Shown here piece after piece: positions 8,198-18,703 of a stretch of DNA of 64,000 bases. Position numbers and translations under genes: made by a program. How positions within the stretch are numbered: the first letter of the stretch is position 1; each line of letters opens with the position of its first letter. The notes under the pieces are model-generated. The model was not told where the DNA came from. It did no database searches and saw only the letters and a list, made by a program, of their open reading frames with translations. The stretch is taken from positions 26,333-90,332 of the IMG/VR virus record IMGVR_UViG_3300025141_013863; one strand, written 5' to 3'. Origin of the DNA: a virus.

Positions 8198-11100
8198 ATG
8201 GCTGAATCAAAATTTTTAAAATATCAAGATAAAAACGGCGATGGCTTAATTGATGTTTGTGAAGACAAGGTAGATGTTAAAGAACCGTTTTATTGTCCTC
8301 CTTGTATTCCAAATCCTTACGCTGCAATCCCAAATTGGAAAGAATTGGATATTGACGAACCGTTCTTTAACGAAAGGGTGTGTAAATATCAGGTTGCAGT
8401 TGTAACAAAATACACCACAACAATGTCTGATGAGAGTTTGGAAAATTCCGATATGACAGGCGAAGAAGCCATCGAAGCTACGAATGAGCGCTTCGATGAA
8501 TATCTTGAAGAAGCGGTTGAATCTTTACTGGTTAATAACTCAAAAGACGATTCGGATCCTTCAAAAAGTGTTATCCGACAGACAATTGAATATACAGATT
8601 TTGACTTAGATGTGCGCCCTAATTCTCGATTAACGCTGCTTTACTCTGTTGAGCAAGAAGTATTGTCAGCCATTGCCGATGCTGATGATGAGGAAGACGA
8701 TGAAGAAGACGATGAAGAAGAAGGAACAGCCACTACTGTAGAGTTCCTTGCGGACGAAATAAGACCTAAAATTACTAAAATAAGAAAAGCCTTAAGGCTT
8801 TACTCAAAATATTTAAAAGTTTTTAGAGCAGTAGAGGGCGGCAACATTCTTAGAGTAAAAGACAATAGTGTATTTAACCTAGAAAATTATGGTGACTCAG
8901 GGCGCCTTAAAAAATCTACACTGGGCTCTATTCTTATAGACTTGGATGCTTTTTTAAACAGCAAAGGCTATAATCTTGCTGGTGTAGGCGGAGGATTTCT
9001 TCAAGAAAAAGTTACAAAAATAAGCTTTAGGTTTACTTCAAAATATAAACTAAAGAAAATGAAAGTTTATACTGCTGGCTGCGGAGATATACCCAAAATA
9101 TATGGAAAGAAAAAGCTTAAAGCTTTGAATGCAAAAAGTTCCTTTAAAGATCCAACAGCGCTAGCATATTTTGCCCAGCTAAACGAAATGGATTCCGTAC
9201 TTCAAGGCCGAGAATCGCCCGAGTGGATAGACGTTATCAAAGAATATACTTATCCAGAAGTTTATGATACTTTTCCATCAGTGGAACAAGATCTTAGAAC
9301 CGGAAGTTGTATAGCTGAACGCTTAAAAGAAGAAGGTAAACAGATTGGACAAGATTTGCTTGATGAAGCTTTTAGTATCGGAGATGCAATTCTCTATTCT
9401 TTTCGTAAAAATACATGCATAGATAGCATTGAAGATTTAGAAGAAGAAGATCGACAGCTTGGATTAACTTATAATCCAAAAGCTACGAGTACTCCCACAA
9501 CCATCAAAGGTATGGCTGCCGAACAAGCACTTAAATCAATTGAGGAAGATGATATATCTTTTAATTCTTTATGCATACAATTCCTTGCATCCTATGGAGA
9601 CTCTAAGCCGGGCGGCATGTCGCTGGAGGACTTATATAAGGGAAGTCTGGATAAAATAAAGGTTTGTGGATTATTTGAGCTGTCGCTTGAAGCCATAGGC
9701 TGCTTGCTTAAAGGTTTAACCCTGGAAGAGGCCGCGGGTCGTATGATTAAGTCTGCAATAAAAGGAATGTCTCTTGAGAATTTAGGAGATTTTTTCTTAG
9801 TAGCGCTTCCGCCACAGAAAGCAAAAGAGATTCAAGATTTAGTGCAGACTAAAATAGATGGTGGAAATGTTTTCCCAGACAAATCAAGATCTCAAGAAAT
9901 TTCAAATGCTATAGCAACTGGAGCCACCGTAGGTGAGCCGTGGACTGATAGCGGAAAAGTACAAGAAGAAAAAGAATCCATGGTAGAAGGAAATCAAGAA
10001 TCCATGGTTCCTTCTAGAAGTAGCGAAGGAGTAACACAAAGCAATGCTGGGTCCGCTCCCGGTACATTGGCCACCGCTAGCGCTTTCAAGGCGCTCAGTG
10101 ATTCTGTAATTATCGAGGCATACGCCGACGCCCTTATAGAGGTTTATGCAGGCGATATTTTATCTCCAATTGAGTTACTAAATAAATATCCAGGCGCCCA
10201 GATAATTGCTACTGCTTTGGCTATGTTTGACTGTCCGGAGGCGCCTGAAGATCCCCCAGTTCCGTCTTTTATGAAGACGGGCGAGTTCCCGTTTTGTAAT
10301 ACTCCGTGGGCAATTTCAATACCGAAATTTGAGAACCCATTTCAGTGGATCCCTGAAATTAAAGATTTTACAGCTGTTATTTTTAAAATACTCAAATTAC
10401 AAATTAAACAAATGATTGTAAGATTAATTGTTCAAATGATGCAGAAGATTTGTGCTCTAATAAGCAGCGCCGCTTGTAAGGGCCTAGGCGCCATCGGTGG
10501 AGCGATTACTGGAGAAGGAGAAACTAATGGCCCCGGCGCATTTAGAGACGCAATAAAAGGTGCAATTTGTGGTGATGATGCCGACGATGAACAAGTAGAT
10601 AATACGATCGCAGACTTATTTAAGAGTTTGGGTCTTGGTGCTGCAGCTTTAGCAAACCAAGAACGTGTAGATTCGTTTATGTCTGATTTGTCATCTTCGG
10701 TGACAAATAAAGAGCTTATGTCTGCATTCGTAGGCGATCCTTCGTCCGAACTACTGCAAATCGTTGATAGGCTGATAGAATACGAGTATACCGAATTCAG
10801 AGAAGGGCTGCCTAATCAGAATTCTGCAGCAGATTTTTTTGCAAACGTAGGGAACTTATTTCCAGCAGATCTTAAAGATGCCATCAGAGATCAATTAGAT
10901 GCTCCCGGCGATGAAGATGTGCTACCTGCTAATCCGTCGTTGTGTGCTACCCCCGAACAGATAGAAGATTTTTGCGAAAGACGCCAAGCACTCCTTGCCG
11001 GTCGCGCTACCCCATCACAGATTGCACAGATGTGTGAGAATACCAGAGATCAAGCAAAGAACGATCTTGAAGATTTAGGTGATTTATTGCAAGGTGGTTT

Positions 11101-14100
11101 GCCACAATATCTTGCAAACAATATGCCACCTTTGGTCTCGGATCCTGGTTGTGATAATGGTCTAATCCCCTATGAATCAGAAGAAGCTGTTGCGGCTGCA
11201 TCTATGGCAGCAAAAAACGAATTAAAGAGATTGGAAATAGCATTTACTGTAGACATGCTTGGGAATGGCCCCGGTGAAAGTAGGTGGGGACTAATCAATA
11301 TGATTATGTCTGATACAATGGGAAATCCACTAACTGCGCATCATAGAAAGGCCTACTTTAACCCATTCTACGTTGACTATTTTACCGAAGAGGACGAGGA
11401 CGATACCGATTGGAAAGATTTACTCGCAGGAAGATTTATACCTGTATCTGTTCAAAGAGGCGCCTTTCCCGCTAAAGTTGCCGAATGGCTAGAATATCAG
11501 CTGCTTGGTGATGAGTCCGTCGTAGCAGCCACAGATTTTCGAGATTCTTTGTCTTTTAGTTCTAACAATAATTATATAGGACCGCAAGTAACTACGGCTT
11601 CCTTTGAAGATTTGGGCCTGACACACAAGCCCCTCGCTGTTCAAGTTGCAGCGGGCGCTCTGACTGTTGCTGGTGCTGGCATAGCCGGCGCCATGGCCGC
11701 CGCAGCTGGTGCAGGGGAGTTATATGAAAAACCAGAAATCAAATTATATGAATTACCTGATTTGGGATATAATGTTGGGATTAAAGTTGATTTAGAAAAT
11801 GAGGGCATGAGGTTTATACGAAAAGGGAGGAAAGCCGATCCAGATACTACGCTCGTATTCAAAGACAATGCTAAAGGGTTGAGACTGGGAGACAATTCAA
11901 AAGACTCAGCATATTCATATGGATTTGATCTTGAAATGTATTTGTCGGATTTAGAGAACACAGCGCCAACGATGTATGCCAGCAACCTCGCCAGCAAGAC
12001 CCAGCCCGTGCCGGAAAAAACTATTCACAATATTTATAGTGATAATGTTAGGATATCAATTGTTGAGAAATATAATCCTGGTGCAAAATTTGAATCTCCG
12101 CTCAATAAAATTTCGTTTTTCCCAATCCCAGCTGTTGGTGACGATAACAACGAAGAGACAGTAATATCTGAGGTAAAGTATGAATTTAGTGCTTCAGATA
12201 ATGCTCTTGATGAACTAGATCTGTCAAATTATCCTAGCTTTGCTAAGAGCTTTTCGGGCGAAAAAGAATATTTGCCGCAAGTTGTGCTCTTGAAAGAGAT
12301 ACTCAATAATAGAGGAGCGAATTTTAGCAGCGCTGATATTAAAAATGCACATGATGAAATAATGACAACTTTCTTAGATAATTTTGCAACAATAATTGGA
12401 ACAGACAATCCTGCCTTTAATTATGGCGCCGAATTCGATCAGCTATCCGAAACTGACGTGGAATATGTTTTAGGCCCAGGCTATAGAGATTCTGGTATAT
12501 CATATGGCGAGGCAGAAATTGAAGGAGAGGACGAAGACGGCAATAAAGAATATCGTAAAATTTTGAATAATGATATGATTTTAGGCATGAGTCGCATGCA
12601 ATATCAGCTTGAGGAAGGAACATATGAGGGCTCTGCTACGATAAACAGAGTGCATTATTTAAACCCTAACCAGTTTGGAGGAACTTATATGAACCCTCCT
12701 GTATATATTGAGCCTATTAAAAATGAAGGTTGGATGGGCGTGTTAGATGCATTATTTCCTGAGTTAACACACTGTAAAAATGGTAAAAAAGATTTAGTTA
12801 ACTTTGGAGAACTTGAAGACTTAATTACAGATCGTAGACCAAACATACCTCACGATGAAAGACTTAAGAGTAGCGATCCTGAGTGCATTGAACAGCTTCC
12901 ATATAACAGAATTTTAGAAAGGGATTCGGCCGCATCCTTAGAGGGAATTATTACTGCAGCCATCAGAATTTTTATTGCCACACACGTTGTAAGATCCCTA
13001 GCAACATTTTCTAAATTTAAGATGGACTTTCCTGACATATTTAGTGATATATATGCTGCATATATTGTTGAGAGTATGGAGGAGGCGTTATCTGGCGCCG
13101 ACGATGATAAGGTGGAAAGGTTTAGCCTCTTTAAAGATTCTGAGTTTTGGATTGCGTTTTTAGAACAGTCTGTCCAAATGTATGCGCGGAGAATAGACGA
13201 CGGCTATGTAAGCGATCCGCCCCGACAAGCTCTCGATGCGTTGGCCAATTTAAACGACATGCAAGGAAGGCACCTGATCGCAAGCAAAGAATCCCTAAAG
13301 CGAGCCAAAGAGGCCAATACCGTTAAAAGAACAAAAACACTAAGAAATTATCGTGAAGAGAAAAATTTCAATGCTGTTTACCGCACGAGAGATGATGCAA
13401 AGAAAGTTCTCAAAGAATTGGTCTCAGAACAATTAAATATAATGGGCCCCCGACTTGTTGACGCTCTTAAATCTATTGGTGTAACCCCAGAAGTTAGAGA
13501 TATGTCTCACTATGTATTTGAAAATTTAGTACAGGGCGCCGAATTAGATTTGTCAGATGAAGCTATGGTAATGACAAGTACCGAGCTGCCTACAGAGGGA
13601 GGCCTTGAAGATCAATATACTTCTGGTGGTGAGTTTAGTGTTTATAAGGTAAATGATCCTGATGCTGGATATTCCCAAGGCGATGAATATGTTGGATATT
13701 ATCATACACATTTAGACGAAGAAGATAACTTAAACTATATGGCAGGAGAAGTTCATGTTGACGGTCCTCATAATTTATTAATGCCTTTCTCAACTAAAGT
13801 TAGTTTACCAATTGGCGATGTTGCCAATTATGGAGCTTCGGCATCGTCGGACAATAGTCAGCCTTTCTTGATTGAGAAATATATTAGTATTGATAATGTA
13901 AAATATTCATCATCTGATGCGGTAGATAAGATTCTAGCAAATGATGGAAATCTAAATATTTCAGATGTATATCCAGGCACTTTAGAGCTTATTTATGCTC
14001 CCGGCAATATTGAATTAGACTTTCACGGCACTGAGGATGAAGAAGCTGCCACGACCCGCGCAGCGCCAACTGATGTGGTAATAGGAATTAAGGGAAACAT

Positions 14101-14827
14101 TGGAGTAAGATATGGCTTGCGTCTTTCCGTTGTTATTGATGGACAAAGAGCCACTGTGACTACTGTAGAAATAGACGCATTAGATACCCCAATATCAGAA
14201 TTTCCTCCCTTTGAAGGAGACAGTAAAACGCTATTGTGTTTGTTAAATTTTCTCAGAGAAGATGTTGATTTTAGACTTTTAACTCGTTATATTTTTCCAT
14301 TAAATAAATTAACTTCTACTCTTGCAATTTATAACGACATGGCGTTTTTGGCCTCTATTGGAGAAGTGACTGTTGAAGATGATTCAACTCACGGTGTCGG
14401 TGTTGAATATGATCAGAAGCCCGGCATGAAGGCAACCATATCTACGGTGGAAGACGATGATGGGAATGAGATTGTAGACTCGATTACTGAAGATCCGTCT
14501 GCTGGCTGGGCTAGCGTGCTAGATAGAAGCCCTGGCTTGTTTGGTGGTCGAATTGTTAATGAGTGGGATAATTGGAACAGAACGCTTCTAACAAGATCAA
14601 AGGTAAAACTAAAAAGGATGTTCAGAAGACACTATCGTAATAGATGGCGCCGACCCGGAGATTTTGGGCTTGATCTCCCCAGCCCAGGCCGAATATTAAT
14701 GAACAATCTAAGAGAAAATTTAAGACCACCAGCCGGTCGAACCCTCTTGCCATGGTGGAAAAGAAGAAGAATACGCAGAAATCCGTATGACAAGAATGGA
14801 AATATTTGTGAAAAAGATGAGGGCTGA
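8198..14827 (+). CDS. 2209-aa acidic giant protein, probably virion-associated
   Basis: Long uninterrupted ORF with AAGGA RBS between the hub genes and the gp25-like gene; N-terminal DKNGDG Ca-binding-like loop. Confidence 0.55.
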   Translation: MAESKFLKYQDKNGDGLIDVCEDKVDVKEPFYCPPCIPNPYAAIPNWKELDIDEPFFNERVCKYQVAVVTKYTTTMSDESLENSDMTGEEAIEATNERFDEYLEEAVESLLVNNSKDDSDPSKSVIRQTIEYTDFDLDVRPNSRLTLLYSVEQEVLSAIADADDEEDDEEDDEEEGTATTVEFLADEIRPKITKIRKALRLYSKYLKVFRAVEGGNILRVKDNSVFNLENYGDSGRLKKSTLGSILIDLDAFLNSKGYNLAGVGGGFLQEKVTKISFRFTSKYKLKKMKVYTAGCGDIPKIYGKKKLKALNAKSSFKDPTALAYFAQLNEMDSVLQGRESPEWIDVIKEYTYPEVYDTFPSVEQDLRTGSCIAERLKEEGKQIGQDLLDEAFSIGDAILYSFRKNTCIDSIEDLEEEDRQLGLTYNPKATSTPTTIKGMAAEQALKSIEEDDISFNSLCIQFLASYGDSKPGGMSLEDLYKGSLDKIKVCGLFELSLEAIGCLLKGLTLEEAAGRMIKSAIKGMSLENLGDFFLVALPPQKAKEIQDLVQTKIDGGNVFPDKSRSQEISNAIATGATVGEPWTDSGKVQEEKESMVEGNQESMVPSRSSEGVTQSNAGSAPGTLATASAFKALSDSVIIEAYADALIEVYAGDILSPIELLNKYPGAQIIATALAMFDCPEAPEDPPVPSFMKTGEFPFCNTPWAISIPKFENPFQWIPEIKDFTAVIFKILKLQIKQMIVRLIVQMMQKICALISSAACKGLGAIGGAITGEGETNGPGAFRDAIKGAICGDDADDEQVDNTIADLFKSLGLGAAALANQERVDSFMSDLSSSVTNKELMSAFVGDPSSELLQIVDRLIEYEYTEFREGLPNQNSAADFFANVGNLFPADLKDAIRDQLDAPGDEDVLPANPSLCATPEQIEDFCERRQALLAGRATPSQIAQMCENTRDQAKNDLEDLGDLLQGGLPQYLANNMPPLVSDPGCDNGLIPYESEEAVAAASMAAKNELKRLEIAFTVDMLGNGPGESRWGLINMIMSDTMGNPLTAHHRKAYFNPFYVDYFTEEDEDDTDWKDLLAGRFIPVSVQRGAFPAKVAEWLEYQLLGDESVVAATDFRDSLSFSSNNNYIGPQVTTASFEDLGLTHKPLAVQVAAGALTVAGAGIAGAMAAAAGAGELYEKPEIKLYELPDLGYNVGIKVDLENEGMRFIRKGRKADPDTTLVFKDNAKGLRLGDNSKDSAYSYGFDLEMYLSDLENTAPTMYASNLASKTQPVPEKTIHNIYSDNVRISIVEKYNPGAKFESPLNKISFFPIPAVGDDNNEETVISEVKYEFSASDNALDELDLSNYPSFAKSFSGEKEYLPQVVLLKEILNNRGANFSSADIKNAHDEIMTTFLDNFATIIGTDNPAFNYGAEFDQLSETDVEYVLGPGYRDSGISYGEAEIEGEDEDGNKEYRKILNNDMILGMSRMQYQLEEGTYEGSATINRVHYLNPNQFGGTYMNPPVYIEPIKNEGWMGVLDALFPELTHCKNGKKDLVNFGELEDLITDRRPNIPHDERLKSSDPECIEQLPYNRILERDSAASLEGIITAAIRIFIATHVVRSLATFSKFKMDFPDIFSDIYAAYIVESMEEALSGADDDKVERFSLFKDSEFWIAFLEQSVQMYARRIDDGYVSDPPRQALDALANLNDMQGRHLIASKESLKRAKEANTVKRTKTLRNYREEKNFNAVYRTRDDAKKVLKELVSEQLNIMGPRLVDALKSIGVTPEVRDMSHYVFENLVQGAELDLSDEAMVMTSTELPTEGGLEDQYTSGGEFSVYKVNDPDAGYSQGDEYVGYYHTHLDEEDNLNYMAGEVHVDGPHNLLMPFSTKVSLPIGDVANYGASASSDNSQPFLIEKYISIDNVKYSSSDAVDKILANDGNLNISDVYPGTLELIYAPGNIELDFHGTEDEEAATTRAAPTDVVIGIKGNIGVRYGLRLSVVIDGQRATVTTVEIDALDTPISEFPPFEGDSKTLLCLLNFLREDVDFRLLTRYIFPLNKLTSTLAIYNDMAFLASIGEVTVEDDSTHGVGVEYDQKPGMKATISTVEDDDGNEIVDSITEDPSAGWASVLDRSPGLFGGRIVNEWDNWNRTLLTRSKVKLKRMFRRHYRNRWRRPGDFGLDLPSPGRILMNNLRENLRPPAGRTLLPWWKRRRIRRNPYDKNGNICEKDEG

Positions 14828-14849
14828 ATAATTATATTGAGGTAAAAAT

Positions 14850-15218
14850 ATGTCTTCTTTAGGTGTGGCCTTGCCACTGCGATTATCCGATGCTGATGGT
14901 TTTGTTATGATAAAGGGCTTTCGGCGCCTTGTCAGACAAAATTTAAAAATGTTAATTTTGACAATTCCTGGCGAAAGAGTTATGGAACCAGAGTATGGTG
15001 TTGGTATGAAAAAGTATCTATTTTCAAGCTTTCATCAAAATCTATATGGCGATCTAGAGAATAACATTAGGCGCCAAGTTAAGATATATATGCCGGCAGT
15101 CAAGATAGAAAATATAATTTTTAACTCGTCAGACCCGGATAATCAAACTTTGGGGATAACTATACGATATTCAATTCCACAAATATCGATAGATGATGCG
15201 CTGCAATTTACTATTTAA
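14850..15218 (+). CDS. Baseplate wedge protein, gp25/GpW-like
   Basis: QNLKMLILTIPGERVMEPEYGVG motif typical of the gp25 family. Confidence 0.85.
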   Translation: MSSLGVALPLRLSDADGFVMIKGFRRLVRQNLKMLILTIPGERVMEPEYGVGMKKYLFSSFHQNLYGDLENNIRRQVKIYMPAVKIENIIFNSSDPDNQTLGITIRYSIPQISIDDALQFTI

Positions 15219-15233
15219 AATGAGGATTCTTTA

Positions 15234-17030
15234 ATGGCCGACAATAGAAAAAAAATGGTACCCATAGATTATACTAATAGGGAATTTAATGGGATTAGAG
15301 ACGATTTAATGGAAATCGTAGAAAGGTTTTATCCCGATAAGTTTCGGGATTGGAGCGAGGGCTCTTTTGGTTCTTTGATGTTAGATGCGGTTGCATATGT
15401 CGGAGATCAGCTTTCGTTTTACTTGGATTACAACGTAAACGAGACCTTTTTAGATACAGCATATCAATATGGCAATATATTAAGACAAGGAAGAGTCCTT
15501 GGCTATAAAAGCACAGGAAGGCCCTCTACATATGGAATAGTTGCTATGTTTGTTTTGGTGCCCGCCTCCCCGACCGCTATAGGTCCAGATACAAGATATA
15601 TACCGATACTTAAAAGAGGTACTTCTTTTCTATCTCGCGCCGGCCTATCGTATATATTAACGCAAAATATTGATTTTTCTAACGTTACTTATCCTAGAGT
15701 GGTAGCAAGAGTAAACGATGATACAGGATCTCCAACACATTATGCCATTAAAGCATATGGGAACGTGGTCTCGGGCCAATTACAACAAGAAGAAATAGAT
15801 GTTGGACCTTATGAGAGATTTAAGAGGGTTGCGATTGCTGATCCAAATGTTTCCGAAGTTATTAAAGTGGTAGATACAGAGGGTAATGAATATTTTGAAG
15901 TAGATTATCTATCTCAAGATATGATATATAAGGAAATATCAAATAAAAACTTTTTAAATGATAATGTGCCCTCTATATTAAAGCCCACTTTGGTATCTAG
16001 AAAATTTGTTGTTGAGAGAGGCAGAGAATCTACCATTATACAATTTGGTAGCGGCAAAGAGGGCGAATCAAGCGTTGTTGCTTCACCGCAAGAAGTTGCG
16101 ATAGATTTATTTGGAAAAAATTATACCACTGATGTTACATTTGACCCTACTAGATTGTCTAAAAATGAGAATTTTGGAATTGTTCCCTCTAATACGACGT
16201 TAACGGTGGTGTATAGAAGCACGAATCCTGTAAACTCTAATGCTGGCGCCGGATCTATCAATAAAGTTACAAACGCTATAATGTCGTTTTCGGATAGACA
16301 AATATTATCAAATGATGAGGTAGTAGCGGTGAGAAACTCAATAGAGGTGTTTAATGAATCTCCAATAACTGGTGATGTCACGGCTATAAGTCCCTATGAA
16401 TTAAAGCAAAGAATTTACGATACATTTCCTACGCAGAATCGAGCAGTAACTCAATCAGACTATGAAAACATTGCCTTAAGAATGCCAGCAAAATTTGGCT
16501 CGGTATCGCGGGTTAGCGTCCAGAAGGATCCTAGCGCCAAGAAAAGAAATCTAAATATGTACATCGTATCGGAAGATTTAGCTGGCAAACTAACACTTAC
16601 GAACCAGACTATAAAAAATAATTTAAAAGTTTGGTTAAACAATTATAGAATGATAAATGATACTATAGATATTTTAGATCCTTATATTATTAATATTGGA
16701 ATATTCTTTGATATTAAAGCTTCAGCCGGTGCAGAAAAGTTTGACACACTCCAAGAGTGTATAGATGCTATAACAAAACAATATAGTTCAAAGTTTTTTA
16801 TTGGAGAATCTTTGTATGTAAGCGATATTTATAAAGCATTGAATGAAGTTCCGGGAGTCCTGGACGTAATCAGTGTTAAACTATTAAATAAAATAGGCTC
16901 TAATTATTCTGGGAATGTTCTTGATATTAAAAGAAACATGTCGCCAGATGGGGGTCATTTAGTGGCGCCAAAAAACGCTATATTAGAAATTAAGTTTCCT
17001 GAAGTTGACATAAAAGGAAAGGTTAGATAA
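15234..17030 (+). CDS. Baseplate wedge subunit, T4 gp6-like
   Basis: IDYTNREF, AYVGDQLSFYLD..VNETFLDTA, IQFGSG and QNRAVTQSDY motifs; follows gp25. Confidence 0.85.
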   Translation: MADNRKKMVPIDYTNREFNGIRDDLMEIVERFYPDKFRDWSEGSFGSLMLDAVAYVGDQLSFYLDYNVNETFLDTAYQYGNILRQGRVLGYKSTGRPSTYGIVAMFVLVPASPTAIGPDTRYIPILKRGTSFLSRAGLSYILTQNIDFSNVTYPRVVARVNDDTGSPTHYAIKAYGNVVSGQLQQEEIDVGPYERFKRVAIADPNVSEVIKVVDTEGNEYFEVDYLSQDMIYKEISNKNFLNDNVPSILKPTLVSRKFVVERGRESTIIQFGSGKEGESSVVASPQEVAIDLFGKNYTTDVTFDPTRLSKNENFGIVPSNTTLTVVYRSTNPVNSNAGAGSINKVTNAIMSFSDRQILSNDEVVAVRNSIEVFNESPITGDVTAISPYELKQRIYDTFPTQNRAVTQSDYENIALRMPAKFGSVSRVSVQKDPSAKKRNLNMYIVSEDLAGKLTLTNQTIKNNLKVWLNNYRMINDTIDILDPYIINIGIFFDIKASAGAEKFDTLQECIDAITKQYSSKFFIGESLYVSDIYKALNEVPGVLDVISVKLLNKIGSNYSGNVLDIKRNMSPDGGHLVAPKNAILEIKFPEVDIKGKVR

Positions 17031-18703
17031 TGGCCCTAAAGAGATACACAGCGAGCGCTGACACTACGATTGCGAACGCATACGAGCCTGGACTTATTAC
17101 TAGAGCCACCGGCGCAAATATGGGAGCATCTGATGTGTTAGATGTTTTTTCTGTCTATGCAAGACAATCAACTAGTTCCGCTGAGCTGTCTCGCGTGTTG
17201 GTTAAATTTCCCATAACTGATATATCAACAGACCGAACAAATTCTATAATACCAGCAAGTGGTAGTGTTAGCTTTTACTTGCACCTTTATAATGCTTCTC
17301 ATTCGCGAACAGTTCCGAAAGAGGCCAAATATACTTTTATGATGGTTTCTCAATCATGGCAGGAGGGCGCCGGCTTAGATATGGAAGGCTATACCGACTT
17401 GACACTTGGCAATGAGGGGGCCGATTGGATGTCTGCATCTAATAGTGCCTATTGGACAGATGCCTGCAGTACGTTGTTGGCCGGCGGTTCTTATCATACA
17501 CAATCTGGCGCGCCAAACGATCAGGTAGATACTGAAATTCACATCTTTGACCAAACTTTGTCCGATGGAACCGAAGATATAGAAGTTGATATTACGCCAT
17601 GGGTCGAGCAATGGATCGCGGGCACTTACTCAAATTATGGTGTTGGGGTAATGTTAACAGCTAGCCAGGAGGCCTCCAGTTCTGTTGATGCTCTAGCCGG
17701 CCTCCCAACAGGCAGAGCGGATGACGATGGGCTTATTCAAAACCCAAGCGGTTCTACTACATCATATTATATTAAAAGATTTTTTGGTAGAAAAAGTCAA
17801 TATTTTTTCAAGCGCCCTCACATAGAAGCTCGTTGGGATGATAGTTTAAGAGATGATCGGGGAGACTTTCATTATAGTAGCTCTTTGGCAGATGGTCCTG
17901 ATAACTTAAATACCATTTATTTATATAATTATGTTCGTGGTATATTGAAAGATATTCCCGGAATTGAGAAAACGGGCTCTATCATGGTTAGTTTATTTTC
18001 TGGCAACCTTGATGACACTAGACCAACGGGATCAAGTGGACAGCTGCACATTAATAGCTCTTCAAACCCCGGCAACGAGGGTAAGGTTGGGGGCGTTAAA
18101 CTTCATGTTACCGGCGGCTGGGTTTCGACTGGAATATATTCAGCCTCGTTAGCCATAACTGCTTCTAAAACAACAAGCGGATTTGATCCAATATTGACCT
18201 TATATGATGTTTGGTCCACAGGCAGTATCGTAGACGCTGATCATCTGCAAACACAATTTCATACTGGAACAATTAAGCCGATAATATTAGAATCAGATAA
18301 TAGAATGCAGAAGCATAGAAATTATTTAAGCATTACTAACCTGCGCAACAGCTATAGAGCCGACGAAACAGCTCGGTTCAATTTATTTGTGAGAGAGAAG
18401 AATTGGAGCCCCAATATTTACACAAAAGCCAGCTCTAATATTGAGACAAAGACAGTTCACAGTGCATCCTATAGAGTTTATAGAACTTTAGATGCTAATG
18501 ATTCGGTTACATATGGTACCGGAAGCGATAAACATACATATTTGTCATATGATGTATCTGGAAATTATTTTGATTTCGATATGAGCTTGCTGGAACCTGG
18601 ATACGAATATTCGTTTAAATTTTCTTTTTATGATAATTCGTTATCAACGTGGGTTGAACAAGAACAGGCTTTTAAGTTTCGAGTAGAAGATTATGAGTAT
18701 TAA
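17030..18703 (+). CDS. Putative baseplate/tail structural protein
   Basis: Coupled (TAATG) to the gp6-like gene; beta-rich and Ser/Thr/Gly-rich. Confidence 0.55.
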   Translation: MALKRYTASADTTIANAYEPGLITRATGANMGASDVLDVFSVYARQSTSSAELSRVLVKFPITDISTDRTNSIIPASGSVSFYLHLYNASHSRTVPKEAKYTFMMVSQSWQEGAGLDMEGYTDLTLGNEGADWMSASNSAYWTDACSTLLAGGSYHTQSGAPNDQVDTEIHIFDQTLSDGTEDIEVDITPWVEQWIAGTYSNYGVGVMLTASQEASSSVDALAGLPTGRADDDGLIQNPSGSTTSYYIKRFFGRKSQYFFKRPHIEARWDDSLRDDRGDFHYSSSLADGPDNLNTIYLYNYVRGILKDIPGIEKTGSIMVSLFSGNLDDTRPTGSSGQLHINSSSNPGNEGKVGGVKLHVTGGWVSTGIYSASLAITASKTTSGFDPILTLYDVWSTGSIVDADHLQTQFHTGTIKPIILESDNRMQKHRNYLSITNLRNSYRADETARFNLFVREKNWSPNIYTKASSNIETKTVHSASYRVYRTLDANDSVTYGTGSDKHTYLSYDVSGNYFDFDMSLLEPGYEYSFKFSFYDNSLSTWVEQEQAFKFRVEDYEY

